A DNA stretch of 64,000 nt, taken from positions 524,613 through 588,612 of the forward strand of contig CP011213.1 of the NCBI GenBank assembly GCA_001029735.1. The letters are read 5' to 3'. This DNA comes from Berkelbacteria bacterium GW2011_GWE1_39_12 (GTDB taxonomy: Bacteria; Patescibacteriota; UBA1384; UBA12157). The notes beneath the pieces are model-generated. The model was given only the letters and a program-made list of their open reading frames with translations. It was not told the origin of the DNA and made no database searches. Shown piece after piece: positions 10,731 to 19,825 of the stretch; positions within the stretch are counted from its first letter, which is position 1, and every line of letters begins with the position of its first letter. The position numbers were made by a program, and so were the translations under genes.

Positions 10731-10797
10731 TGGTGCGCGCGCTTGGATTCGCCTGCGTGCCTAAAGGTAGGCATCTAGCAAGAACCGATTGTGTATA
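10731..10797 (-). repeat. Partial duplicate of the 3' half of the adjacent tRNA (anticodon loop to CCA), interrupted by a 28-nt hairpin-forming insert in the T-arm. Possible att-site scar.
   Basis: Minus-strand sequence TATACACAATCGGTTCTT + [GCTAGATGCCTACCTTTAGGCACGCAGG] + CGAATCCAAGCGCGCGCACCA reproduces the tRNA 3' half exactly, except that GGTT is replaced by the insert (TGCCTA/TAGGCA stem). It lies 12 nt from the intact tRNA. Confidence 0.6.
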
Positions 10798-10809
10798 TAA
10801 ATAGAGTAT

Positions 10810-10884
10810 TGGTGCGCGCGCTTGGATTCGAACCAAGAACCGATTGTGTATAAGACAATTGCTCTGCCGTTGAGCTACGCGCGC
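10810..10884 (-). tRNA. tRNA-Ile, anticodon UAU (reads AUA)
   Basis: Manual fold of the minus strand: acceptor GCGCGCG/CGCGCGC, U8, D-arm GCTC-AACGGCA-GAGC, anticodon stem ATTGT/ACAAT with loop C-U-UAU-A-C, T-arm CTTGG-TTCGAAT-CCAAG, discriminator A, encoded CCA. Confidence 0.75.
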
Positions 10885-11077
10885 CTTCACTATTATTTTA
10901 ACCTGTAATCATCTAAATATCAAGCTTTTCGCTTGACATCCTTTGTACTCTAGAATAATATCTGATATCTTTATTAAGTAAGCCGAATTTCGGGCCGGGA
11001 TCTTAGGTCATTTTGAGCTAGGGTCAATAAGAGTAACAGTTGTATACCGAAAGTAATTTAAAAACTGAAAGGAAAAG

Positions 11078-12412
11078 ATGAGTCAAAAATTAAAACGCTG
11101 TTTTTTAATTTTTAGTGTTACAATTTTTGCGTTAATGACTTTCTTTGCTTTTGGTTTAGATAAATCTAAAGCCGCTGAAGAAAGTGAACCACAAGTAGAT
11201 GCTTTGCCGATAGTGCAATTTTCCGATGTATCAACAACCGGTTTGGAAAACAGTCCAAGCCATCCGATCAGAGTATACCTTTCGGAAGTTGCAACTCATG
11301 ATGTAATAGTCGATTATTCGGTCATCGGTGGAACGGCAGTAGCAGGGGAAGATTATTTGTTAGAATATTATTCCCTGAAAATTAGAGAAGGTGGATCCTA
11401 TGCGGACATTAATTTAATGTTGTTAGATAATCACTTGGTTGACAAAACAAGAAATCTAACATTAGGTTTATCAGGACCGATTAACGCACAATTAGGTGAA
11501 AACGCAGAGTTTAACTTTACGATTTTAGATGATGATTCGGCCCCGGTTAGTACTTTGACGACCGTGCCTCAAGTAGCAGATGGTCAAAATGGTTGGTTTA
11601 TAACTAAACCAGAGTTTGAGATAAGTACTGATAAGATAGCAGATGTTTATTACAGAATCAACAGACAAGATTGGGTTGTTTATGCTGGACCGGTTACGGT
11701 TTTGGAAGGTATAAATTTGATTGATTATTATGCATTTGATAGTTATGGAAACATTGAGTCAATTAAAACTACTACTTTGAAGGTTGATACTGTAAAGCCT
11801 AGCATACCAAGTTTAATAGTAAAATTGGAAAGCCAAGGCGAAACAATGCAAGCTAACCTTGCTTGGCAAACAGATGAAGACTCGCAGTTTTATCAAATTT
11901 GGCGAAATGGGGTATTGATCGAAACTTTATCTGGCGAAAAAAAAAGCTTTGCTGACGAGGGACTAGTTGTTAATCAGTCTTATGAATACTATATTATTGC
12001 CATTGATCGGGCGGGTAATCAGTCGGTTTCTGGAAAGTCGACTGTTCAGTTTGCAGTGAAAGAAGTGATTAAGGAAGTAAAAGGGACGCAAACCATTGCA
12101 AAACCTTTACCTAAAGTCAGAAAATCGATCGCTAAGGGTGTCAGCACTGAAGTTACAGAAAAAGTAAGTGGTGATGAAACCAAAATTGTCGAAGAGCAAC
12201 CAGAGAAGGAATCAGTAAAAGAAAGTGATTCAAATAAAGCTAATAATCAAGGAACTAAAGAAATAAATTGGAATAGAATCTTATTACTTATCTCTGTTTT
12301 GATTATTCTTTCAGGGCTTGGTATTGGAATTTATTACGGCTATGGATGGTTTTTGTCTTCAAAAAAAACGAAAACAGTAGTAGATGAAAAAAAGTCCAAG
12401 AGTAGATGGTAA
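11078..12412 (+). CDS. Membrane-anchored surface protein with a Calx-beta-like domain, an FN3-like domain, a Lys/Glu-rich linker and a C-terminal TM helix
   Basis: N-terminal signal/TM 'CFLIFSVTIFALMTFFAFG'. Calx-beta-like 'VDYSVIGGTAVAGEDYLLEYYSLKIREGGSYADINL...FNFTILDDD'. FN3-like 'LAWQTDEDSQFYQIWRNGVLIETLSGEKKSFADEGLVVNQSYEYYIIAIDRAGNQS'. C-terminal 'LLLISVLIILSGLGIGIYYGYGWF'. SD AAAGGAAAAG precedes the ATG. Confidence 0.65.
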   Translation: MSQKLKRCFLIFSVTIFALMTFFAFGLDKSKAAEESEPQVDALPIVQFSDVSTTGLENSPSHPIRVYLSEVATHDVIVDYSVIGGTAVAGEDYLLEYYSLKIREGGSYADINLMLLDNHLVDKTRNLTLGLSGPINAQLGENAEFNFTILDDDSAPVSTLTTVPQVADGQNGWFITKPEFEISTDKIADVYYRINRQDWVVYAGPVTVLEGINLIDYYAFDSYGNIESIKTTTLKVDTVKPSIPSLIVKLESQGETMQANLAWQTDEDSQFYQIWRNGVLIETLSGEKKSFADEGLVVNQSYEYYIIAIDRAGNQSVSGKSTVQFAVKEVIKEVKGTQTIAKPLPKVRKSIAKGVSTEVTEKVSGDETKIVEEQPEKESVKESDSNKANNQGTKEINWNRILLLISVLIILSGLGIGIYYGYGWFLSSKKTKTVVDEKKSKSRW

Positions 12413-12465
12413 ACAAAAATTGCTCCTAAGTTTAAATGGGGCAATTTTTGTAATATACTAAAACC

Positions 12466-12879
12466 ATGAGAATAAAAACAGCAGACAATATAAAGAGTTA
12501 TTTCAATCAAAACGGAGGGAGATATCTTTTGATTGTTTTAGTTTTTTACACTTTTATTATGCTTGGAAAATCTGTTTGGGCTAATTTTCAGCTACAAAAA
12601 CAAACCGACCTGATTAAGGCTAAAATTGAAGAAGTAAAAACTCAAAATAATAATTTAGGGAATTTAATACTTTATTATAAATCAGATAGCTTCAGGGAAG
12701 TGGAAGCAAGACGGAAATTAGGTCTAAAAAGACCGGATGAAAAAGTTATGAATGTTCCAGTTCAAAAATTTGATAATTTTAATGCAGAAATTGAAGCACA
12801 AAAAAATAATTTAGCGCCAAAGATAATTGATACTAAATCATCCAATCCTTCCATGTGGTGGCAATACTTAACTAAATAA
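12466..12879 (+). CDS. ftsB: FtsB/DivIC-like septum-formation initiator family protein
   Basis: Single TM followed by a coiled coil and the conserved 'SFREVEARRKLGLKRPDEKV' motif (compare FtsB 'EEARFELGMVKPGE'). Confidence 0.65.
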   Translation: MRIKTADNIKSYFNQNGGRYLLIVLVFYTFIMLGKSVWANFQLQKQTDLIKAKIEEVKTQNNNLGNLILYYKSDSFREVEARRKLGLKRPDEKVMNVPVQKFDNFNAEIEAQKNNLAPKIIDTKSSNPSMWWQYLTK

Positions 12880-12967
12880 ATCAGAACTCTCTGCTTGACT
12901 TACGGCCGTTTTTGTGGTAAACTATTTTAATATCAAAAAATTGATATTAAAAACAAAAGGAAGGGTA

Positions 12968-13966
12968 ATGGGAAAAAATTTTAAAAAGTTATTGATTGGG
13001 GCAATTCTCATTATTCTTTTTGTCGGTCCGATAAAATTCGCAAACGCTGCTGTTTCTTCAAATTCATTAACCAATTTAGTAAATGCTTCAAGATCTCAAG
13101 AAGGTTTATCTCCTTTAAGTAATAACGCCAAACTTGCCGATGCTGCTTTAAAAAAAGCGCAAGACATGTTTGACAATCAATATTTTTCCCATAACTCTCC
13201 AGAAGGTAAAACTCCTTGGGATTTTTTTAAAGTTTCCGATTATGATTATGTTTATGCTGGTGAAAACTTAGCCATAGGATATACCGATTCTAATGAGCTT
13301 CACGACGCGTGGATGAATTCGCCAACTCATCGAGAAAATATAATGAATCCAAATTATCGTGAAATTGGGATCGCGTTTTTGTCAGGTGAGTATAATGGGG
13401 AAAATACCACAATTGTTGTTCAAACGTTTGGTTCTATGTCCGCAATCCAGCCGGCCAGTCAACTAAAAACTGTTTCTGCTTCAGAAATAAATAAAGAATC
13501 TGGGGCAGTAAACTCTTTTGAAATCTTGAACGATGGTACTTCTTTTACCCCAACGAAAATTTTTCAAAATGACAGTGTTGATTTTAAAGTTGCAATTAAG
13601 GGTGACGCTAAGGATGTTTATATAATGGTAGGTGATCAAAAAATTGATTTAAAAAACATTTTATTACTAGCCGATGGTTCAGTTAAAAATTTATCTAAGA
13701 CTGTAAAAATAGAAAACGCTGGTAAACTAAATGTTGCGTTAACTGTAACTGATCATAATAATGAACAAGAGGTAAAGGATCTTGGCATTTTAGAGGTAAA
13801 TTCAGTTGTTGTCGCAAATGCTGGCACAAACCGTTCGATTACTGCTGCCACTTTTAATAATATAATCGATCATCTTAGCCTCTACCTGTCTGGAACCTTT
13901 TTCCTGATATTGATGATCGCTTTGTATTTTCTCTTTGTTCGTCAACGATATGGAAAATTTATATAA
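12968..13966 (+). CDS. CAP/SCP (YkwD-like) domain protein with a signal peptide, a beta-rich C-terminal extension and a C-terminal TM anchor
   Basis: CAP-domain signature 'FSHNSPEGKTPWDFF...YAGENLAIGYTDSNELHDAWMNSPTHRENIMNPNYREIGIA'. Start set to the ATG at 12968, which has an AAGGAAGGG SD; the upstream ORF-track start has no RBS. Confidence 0.75.
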   Translation: MGKNFKKLLIGAILIILFVGPIKFANAAVSSNSLTNLVNASRSQEGLSPLSNNAKLADAALKKAQDMFDNQYFSHNSPEGKTPWDFFKVSDYDYVYAGENLAIGYTDSNELHDAWMNSPTHRENIMNPNYREIGIAFLSGEYNGENTTIVVQTFGSMSAIQPASQLKTVSASEINKESGAVNSFEILNDGTSFTPTKIFQNDSVDFKVAIKGDAKDVYIMVGDQKIDLKNILLLADGSVKNLSKTVKIENAGKLNVALTVTDHNNEQEVKDLGILEVNSVVVANAGTNRSITAATFNNIIDHLSLYLSGTFFLILMIALYFLFVRQRYGKFI

Positions 13967-14038
13967 TTAAATCTTGATTTATTGCTCTAATGCTGATAGA
14001 ATAACTATGATAAGTAATTTTAGTATTCTTATTTTTGT

Positions 14039-14113
14039 CGCGGGGTGGAGAAGTGGCATCTCACCAGGCTCATAACCTGGGGATCGGCGGTTCGAGTCCG
14101 CCCCCCGCTACCA
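14039..14113 (+). tRNA. Initiator tRNA-fMet (CAU)
   Basis: CGCGGGGTGGAG...CTCATAA...GGTTCGAGTCCGCCCCCCGCTACCA. The 1:72 position is C:U unpaired, the 5' end 'CGCGGGGUGGAG' matches E. coli tRNA-fMet, and the anticodon is CAU. Confidence 0.8.
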
Positions 14114-14128
14114 TTTTTATTTTTAAAT

Positions 14129-14203
14129 GGCTGAGTAGCTCAGTGGTAGAGCAGCAGACTCATAAGCTGTTGGTCGGTGGTTCAAATCCACCCTCAGCCA
14201 CCA
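14129..14203 (+). tRNA. tRNA-Met (CAU), elongator type. tRNA-Ile2 (lysidine) cannot be excluded from sequence alone.
   Basis: GGCTGAG-TA-GCTC-AGTGGTA-GAGC...CTCATAA...GGTGG-TTCAAAT-CCACC-CTCAGCC-A-CCA. Anticodon CAU with a fully paired acceptor stem. Confidence 0.7.
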
Positions 14204-14272
14204 TCTGTTAAAACTGAGATTTACTCAGAAAAAAATTGTAAAATTAACTTTTATATAATAAGGAATTTCTTA

Positions 14273-16057
14273 ATGCGCGCCAGTTGTACACGAAACATTT
14301 TTTACATTATAGTAGCGGTCATCATTGCGCTAATAGTTTGGTCTCTTTTTGCCCAAACAGGAACTAAACCTGATCAGGTTAATATTTCTCAAGTAACCGA
14401 TGCAGTTAAAAACAACGAAGTCTCAAAAATCGTTGTTTCTAACGATAAATTGACTGTTGATTTAAAGAGCGGTAAAACTTGGCAAACCTATAAGGAATCA
14501 GGCGTAGGTATAAATCAGTACGGTATTACGCCGGATAAAGTTGCTATTGATATCCAAAATTCCAGCTCTAATAGTATCTGGCCAACAATTATTGGTTATT
14601 TGCTTCCATTTTTATTAATCGGTGGTTTTATTTTCTTTATGTTGCGCCAGGCCCAGGGTGGGAATATGAAAGCAATGAATTTCGGCCAATCCCGAGCCAG
14701 GCTTTTCCAGCCAGGGGCTAAAAAAACCACTTTTGCGGATGTTGCAGGATTGGAAGAACCTAAACAAGAATTGTATGAAATAGTAGAATTTTTAAAAAGT
14801 CCAGGTAAATTTCAAAATTTAGGCGCAGAAATTCCTAAGGGTGTTTTATTGGTAGGTCCTCCTGGAACCGGTAAAACTTTATTGGCAAGAGCAGTTGCTG
14901 GTGAAGCTGGTGTACCGTTCTTTTCGATTTCCGCATCAGAATTTGTGGAAATGTTTGTCGGTGTTGGTGCGGCAAGAGTAAGAGATTTATTTCAGAAAGC
15001 CAAACGGAACGCTCCGGCTATATTATTTATCGACGAATTAGATGCTATTGGTCGTCAGCGTGGAGGCGGTATGGGTAGTGGTTCTCATGATGAGAGGGAA
15101 CAGACCCTCAATCAAATTTTGGTGGAGATGGATGGATTTGAGACCGATACTCGTGTAATTGTTATGGCCGCAACAAACCGTCCTGATGTTTTAGATCCTG
15201 CATTGCTACGCCCAGGTAGATTTGACCGAAGGGTTGTAATAGATATTCCTGACTTAAAAGAAAGAGAAGAGATACTAAAAATTCATGGTCGCAATAAGCC
15301 TTTAGCCAAGGATGTTGATTTGGAAAGGATTGCACGCTCTACTGCTGGTCTATCTGGGGCAGACCTAAGAAACGTGATGAACGAAGCAGCTATATTGACG
15401 GCTAGAGCTAATGCAAAAAGTATTAATCAAAATCAGCTAAACATGGCGATTGAAAAAGTTATTTTAGGACCTGAAAGAAAATCTCATTTAATGTCGGTTA
15501 AAGAAAAAGAAATTTCCGCTTATCATGAAGCCGGACACGCAATTATCGGTAAATTATTACCAAATACTGATGAAATTCATAAAATTTCAATTGTTTCACG
15601 CGGCTCTGCCTTAGGATACACTTGGTCATTACCAACCGAGGATCGTAAGTTGTATTCCAAAGCTAAATTTGAAGATGAAATCGCGCAACTGTTGGGTGGT
15701 TTTGTTTCCGAAAAGATTATTTTCAATGAGGTGACAACAGGTGCGCAGAACGATCTTAAACGAGCAACAAAAATTGCCAAAGACATGGTTACTGTTTACG
15801 GCATGTCAGATCTTTTGGGTCCGGTTGTTCTCAAAGACAAAGAAGACGTGGGTTATTTAAGAGAACTCGGTGAACAAAAGAATTATTCAGAATCTAAAGC
15901 AACTCAAATTGACGCAGAAGTTTCAAGAATTATCTCCGATGCGCAAAAAAAAGCGACACGTGTCTTAAGCGGAAAGAAATCTCTTCTCAAAAAAATTGCT
16001 TTGAAACTGATCAAAGAAGAAACTATCGAAGGTGTTGATTTCGATAAACTTTTTTAA
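14273..16057 (+). CDS. ftsH: ATP-dependent zinc metalloprotease FtsH
   Basis: Two N-terminal TM segments, Walker A 'GPPGTGKT', SRH region, and zinc motif 'HEAGHA'. Start moved to the ATG at 14273 so that it no longer overlaps the tRNA. Confidence 0.95.
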   Translation: MRASCTRNIFYIIVAVIIALIVWSLFAQTGTKPDQVNISQVTDAVKNNEVSKIVVSNDKLTVDLKSGKTWQTYKESGVGINQYGITPDKVAIDIQNSSSNSIWPTIIGYLLPFLLIGGFIFFMLRQAQGGNMKAMNFGQSRARLFQPGAKKTTFADVAGLEEPKQELYEIVEFLKSPGKFQNLGAEIPKGVLLVGPPGTGKTLLARAVAGEAGVPFFSISASEFVEMFVGVGAARVRDLFQKAKRNAPAILFIDELDAIGRQRGGGMGSGSHDEREQTLNQILVEMDGFETDTRVIVMAATNRPDVLDPALLRPGRFDRRVVIDIPDLKEREEILKIHGRNKPLAKDVDLERIARSTAGLSGADLRNVMNEAAILTARANAKSINQNQLNMAIEKVILGPERKSHLMSVKEKEISAYHEAGHAIIGKLLPNTDEIHKISIVSRGSALGYTWSLPTEDRKLYSKAKFEDEIAQLLGGFVSEKIIFNEVTTGAQNDLKRATKIAKDMVTVYGMSDLLGPVVLKDKEDVGYLRELGEQKNYSESKATQIDAEVSRIISDAQKKATRVLSGKKSLLKKIALKLIKEETIEGVDFDKLF

Positions 16058-16144
16058 GCTATTTGTTTTTTTCTAACTTATGTATATAATTAGTAGAGAC
16101 TAATGTTTTAGAGGGTATTTTAGGTTAAAAAAGAGGGGTTCATA

Positions 16145-17269
16145 GTGAAACTACTTACTAGGATCAAGCGATTACCTCAAAGGCAAAAAATAATACTTGG
16201 ACTATCTTCTTTTGTTGTATTGGCGACAATTGGAGTTTTGATTTGGGCAGCAGCCACTGGTCAAATCAAGCCTAAGGCTGCCAGTGTTCAGATCTCAAAT
16301 ACAGCTACCGTGACTTATCAAGACGCAGCAGGAAACTCTTACAGCGCACAGAGCAATACTGTGCTTGTTGATATTGTTCCGACTGTTAACGCGACTCTTG
16401 CTTTGTCGCCAGCTACTTCGAGCACCGTTGTTGGTAGTACTTTTAAAGTCGATATTATTTTAAATACAAACGGTCAAGTAAGCACAGAAACCGATGCTGT
16501 ATTGTCATACAATAACCAAGAGTTACAGGTGGTTGATTCAAATGGCAGTGCTGCAACACAAATAACACCGAATACGCCAAATGTATTTGCCACGGTATCG
16601 GCAAACACTGTCAATTCATCAATGGGAACAATTACTTATAAAGCAACCGGATCGTATGCTGGTACCGGAACTTTAGCCTCTATTAATTTTAAAGCTCTTA
16701 AAGCAGCTGCGCCGAGCAAGGTACAATTTGCCTTTACTAATGGTCAAACCAATGATTCAAATGTATTAATAACGAATGGATCAGATATTTTATCATTAGC
16801 AAGTGGGGGAGACTATACTATAACTGGCGCGACAAGCAATACCATTAATATTTCTTTAGCTCTGCAATCTGGAACTAACTTTTCAACTACTAATACAGTT
16901 TTCACAATTTATCGAGTAGGTACGACTACAGAAGTGTTTAAATCAGATGTGACTACCGATAGTTCTGGCAAGGCTTCTTTCACAATTACTTCACCTGCAG
17001 CTGGAAACTATGATTACATAATAAAAGTGAATGGTTATTTGGTTAAAGCCATAAAGAATACTGTTTATACTAATCCTTTGACTTTGAATTTTGGTAGTTT
17101 AAAAGCTGGTGATCTTGATAGCGATAATCATGTGACGCTTTCGGATTTTATATCTTTTAGAACCAAATTTGGTGGCAGTGACCCAGTTGCTGATTTCGAT
17201 CACGACGGAAAAGTAACATTATCGGATTTTATCACTTTTAGAACTAATTTTGGATTAACAGGAGATTAA
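16145..17269 (+). CDS. Surface protein with an N-terminal TM anchor, a cohesin-like domain, a beta-sandwich (CarboxypepD_reg/Cna-B-like) domain and a C-terminal two-repeat dockerin
   Basis: Cohesin-like 'GSTFKVDIILNTNGQVSTETDAVLSYNNQELQVVD...GTITYKATGSYAGTGTLASINFKALK'. Dockerin repeats 'GDLDSDNHVTLSDFISFRTKFG' and 'DFDHDGKVTLSDFITFRTNFG' (Ca-binding D-x-D-x-D...D pattern). GTG start with an AGAGGGG SD. Confidence 0.75.
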   Translation: MKLLTRIKRLPQRQKIILGLSSFVVLATIGVLIWAAATGQIKPKAASVQISNTATVTYQDAAGNSYSAQSNTVLVDIVPTVNATLALSPATSSTVVGSTFKVDIILNTNGQVSTETDAVLSYNNQELQVVDSNGSAATQITPNTPNVFATVSANTVNSSMGTITYKATGSYAGTGTLASINFKALKAAAPSKVQFAFTNGQTNDSNVLITNGSDILSLASGGDYTITGATSNTINISLALQSGTNFSTTNTVFTIYRVGTTTEVFKSDVTTDSSGKASFTITSPAAGNYDYIIKVNGYLVKAIKNTVYTNPLTLNFGSLKAGDLDSDNHVTLSDFISFRTKFGGSDPVADFDHDGKVTLSDFITFRTNFGLTGD

Positions 17270-17273
17270 TCAA

Positions 17274-18290
17274 ATGAAAAACAAGAAAAACATTACAATC
17301 ATAGCTGGGGTAGTTGCAATCTTAATTATTGTTTTTGTCTTAGCTTATGTTTATAGAACAAAAATATTTTCCAATGCTGCTACTATTACTTCATCGCTTA
17401 CTCTGTCTCCTGCTACAAGCTCAATTAATGCAGGTTCAGCCTTCAATGTGAACATTGCTTTAAATACTGCAGGACAAGCTGTTTCGGGTGTTCAGATTGA
17501 GAAGATACATTTTGATCCGACCGTCTTGCAAGTAGTTGACGCAGACACTGCTACAACTGGTATCCAAATCGCTAAAGGAAACATCAATAACTTTGAGATG
17601 TCGCTTACAAATAGTGTTGACAATGCTAGCGGAACAATCACCTATGCTGTGGCAACAATTAGTAATGACTATACCGGCAATGACATACTGGCGATAATAA
17701 ACTTTAAAGCTCTAAATAAAGTTGCCGCTAATTCTGCGGTTACTTTTGATTACACACAGGGTTCAAAGGTCCTGACTAGTGTTAGTGATTCATCTGGAAA
17801 CAACGTATTATTGACCGTTGGCAATGGTTCTTATTCAATAACCAACAATACGGCGGCTAATATTACTCTTGGCCTACAAGCAGGCAATAATTTTAATACT
17901 TCAGGAACGGTTTTTTCCATTTACCAAGTAAATTCATCGACATTGGTTTATCAAAATAATGCAGTAGCAACAGATAATACTGGTAAAGCAACGATATCTT
18001 TTGCTTCTCCGGTGGCTGGAAATTATGATTATAAAATAAAAGTTAATGGTTACTTGGTCAAAGCTGTTAAAAACACGGCCATTTCAAATACAATGTCACT
18101 TGCTTTTGGCACGTTGAAAGCGGGTGATCTCGATGGTGATAACACTGTTTCGTTAGCTGATTTTATTTCATTTAGATCAAAATTTGGTCAAGCTATAGCA
18201 AAAATTGTTCCTGATTTTGATCAAGACGGCAAGGTAACTTTATCTGACTTTGTTATTTTCAGAAGTAATTATTTGCAAAGTGGTGATTAA
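17274..18290 (+). CDS. Paralog with the same architecture: TM anchor, cohesin-like domain, beta-sandwich domain and dockerin
   Basis: 'SAFNVNIALNTAGQAVSGVQIEKIHFDPTVLQVVD' (cohesin-like). Dockerin repeats 'GDLDGDNTVSLADFISFRSKFG' and 'DFDQDGKVTLSDFVIFRSNY'. GGAGA SD precedes the ATG. Confidence 0.75.
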   Translation: MKNKKNITIIAGVVAILIIVFVLAYVYRTKIFSNAATITSSLTLSPATSSINAGSAFNVNIALNTAGQAVSGVQIEKIHFDPTVLQVVDADTATTGIQIAKGNINNFEMSLTNSVDNASGTITYAVATISNDYTGNDILAIINFKALNKVAANSAVTFDYTQGSKVLTSVSDSSGNNVLLTVGNGSYSITNNTAANITLGLQAGNNFNTSGTVFSIYQVNSSTLVYQNNAVATDNTGKATISFASPVAGNYDYKIKVNGYLVKAVKNTAISNTMSLAFGTLKAGDLDGDNTVSLADFISFRSKFGQAIAKIVPDFDQDGKVTLSDFVIFRSNYLQSGD

Positions 18291-18309
18291 TAAATTGGAC
18301 AGGAGATTG

Positions 18310-19755
18310 ATGAGTAAAATTGATTTTAAAGGGATGAAAAAAGACTTAGTTGTTGCTTTATCGGTAACGTTGATTGTTTTTATGATAGGTGGATATTTCG
18401 TGCTCAGGAAAACTGGAAAGCTTTCAACAAAAGCCGACGTAAACGGTCCTTCTTTTACTTTAGAACCAAATAGTGGCTCAATTTATCTTGACGCCAATCT
18501 CGAGGTCAGTGTAAGGATGGATACCTTTGGCCAAGCAGCTTCGGGAGCTCAGATAGAAAAAATCCATTTTGACCCGACGGTTTTACAGGTTATTGATGCA
18601 GACTCTCAAACTGATGGTGTCCAAATAGCTAAGGGTAATATTTCAAATTTTGAAATTCCATTGGCCAATTTGGTCGACAACTCTGCGGGTACTGTATCAT
18701 ATAGTGTAAGTTCGTTTACTAATAATTTTACTGGTAGTGATATATTGGCTGTTATAAACTTCAAAACAATCGCGGAATCGTCTAGTACTGAAATAAAATT
18801 TGATTTCGACGGTACGGCTTCGACTACAATGATGACAGATGTCCAGGGAAGCAATATTTTGGCAGGCGTGGGTTCTGCCGCTTTCAGTATCACAACGCAA
18901 AATCCGGCTCCGACAGTTGATTTAAAAGCTAATAATTCAGATGGCCCTATTACTATTAACTCAGGTGAAGCGGCTACTCTCTCATGGATTTCCGCAAATG
19001 CTACAAGTTGTAGTGCTTCAGAGGGTTGGTCAGGTTCGAAAGAATTATCGGGCAGCGATTCTACTGGCGCTTTAACAGTATCTCAGAGTTACATTTTAAC
19101 TTGCACTGGCGATGGAGGTTCTGTAAGTGATGCAGTTACTGTAAACGTTAAGACGCCAGATAAAAAAATCCCTCAAATAGATCTAAAGGCAAACAATATG
19201 AGTGGTTCAGTTACCATTGATAGTGGCTTGACTGTGAAGCTTGGCTGGACTGTCACAAATGCGAGTTCATGCAATGCGGGGGGCGACTGGCAGGGCGCAA
19301 AGGGTCTGATTGGCGAAGAGACCACAGCCGTGATTACTACTGCTAAAACTTATACACTAATTTGCCAAGGGGATGTGGAATCAACTGGAAGTGTGACGGT
19401 TAATGTGAATAGCGTTAATTCTGGTGGTGACGACACGAGTGACGACGTGAGTGACGACACGAATCGGGACAGCACTGGCGGAACAAGTAAAAAGACTGCC
19501 AGTACTCCGGTCGCGGCTTTACCCTCAAAGCTTACTCCTGCTGCTCCAGTGCAGCTCTCTAAGCTTCCAAGCAACATCCAACCAATAGCTACACCACAGG
19601 TTTCAGCTAACAATGTCGAGTTATACAAGAATGACTCAATGAAGCCTTGGGCATTGTGGTTTTTATATGCTATTATTCCTGCTTTTTTGGCTGGCGGTGC
19701 AATCTATTTCTATTTAAAAAGAAATAAAACAATGAAAAATAACGAGGTGATCTAG
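18310..19755 (+). CDS. Third paralog: TM anchor, cohesin-like domain, two Ig-like Cys-containing repeats, an acidic/Ser-Thr-rich linker and a C-terminal TM anchor. It has no dockerin.
   Basis: 'GQAASGAQIEKIHFDPTVLQVID' cohesin-like. Duplicated ~80-aa modules 'DLKANNSDGPITINSGEAATLSWISANATSC...LTCTG' and 'DLKANNMSGSVTIDSGLTVKLGWTVTNASSC...LICQG'. C-terminal 'WALWFLYAIIPAFLAGGAIYFYL'. Start set at 18310, which has an AGGAGA SD. Confidence 0.7.
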   Translation: MSKIDFKGMKKDLVVALSVTLIVFMIGGYFVLRKTGKLSTKADVNGPSFTLEPNSGSIYLDANLEVSVRMDTFGQAASGAQIEKIHFDPTVLQVIDADSQTDGVQIAKGNISNFEIPLANLVDNSAGTVSYSVSSFTNNFTGSDILAVINFKTIAESSSTEIKFDFDGTASTTMMTDVQGSNILAGVGSAAFSITTQNPAPTVDLKANNSDGPITINSGEAATLSWISANATSCSASEGWSGSKELSGSDSTGALTVSQSYILTCTGDGGSVSDAVTVNVKTPDKKIPQIDLKANNMSGSVTIDSGLTVKLGWTVTNASSCNAGGDWQGAKGLIGEETTAVITTAKTYTLICQGDVESTGSVTVNVNSVNSGGDDTSDDVSDDTNRDSTGGTSKKTASTPVAALPSKLTPAAPVQLSKLPSNIQPIATPQVSANNVELYKNDSMKPWALWFLYAIIPAFLAGGAIYFYLKRNKTMKNNEVI

Positions 19756-19825
19756 ATCTTGTTAAGCTGGTACAACTGGTTTAATATTTAACTATGAAAA
19801 AAAATTCACAAGAGCTAGAGCGATT

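Noticed and set aside
10693-10890. 65-aa ORF on the minus strand
   Set aside because: It lies entirely within tRNA-Ile and the duplicated tRNA half, and has no RBS. It is a translation artefact of structured RNA sequence.
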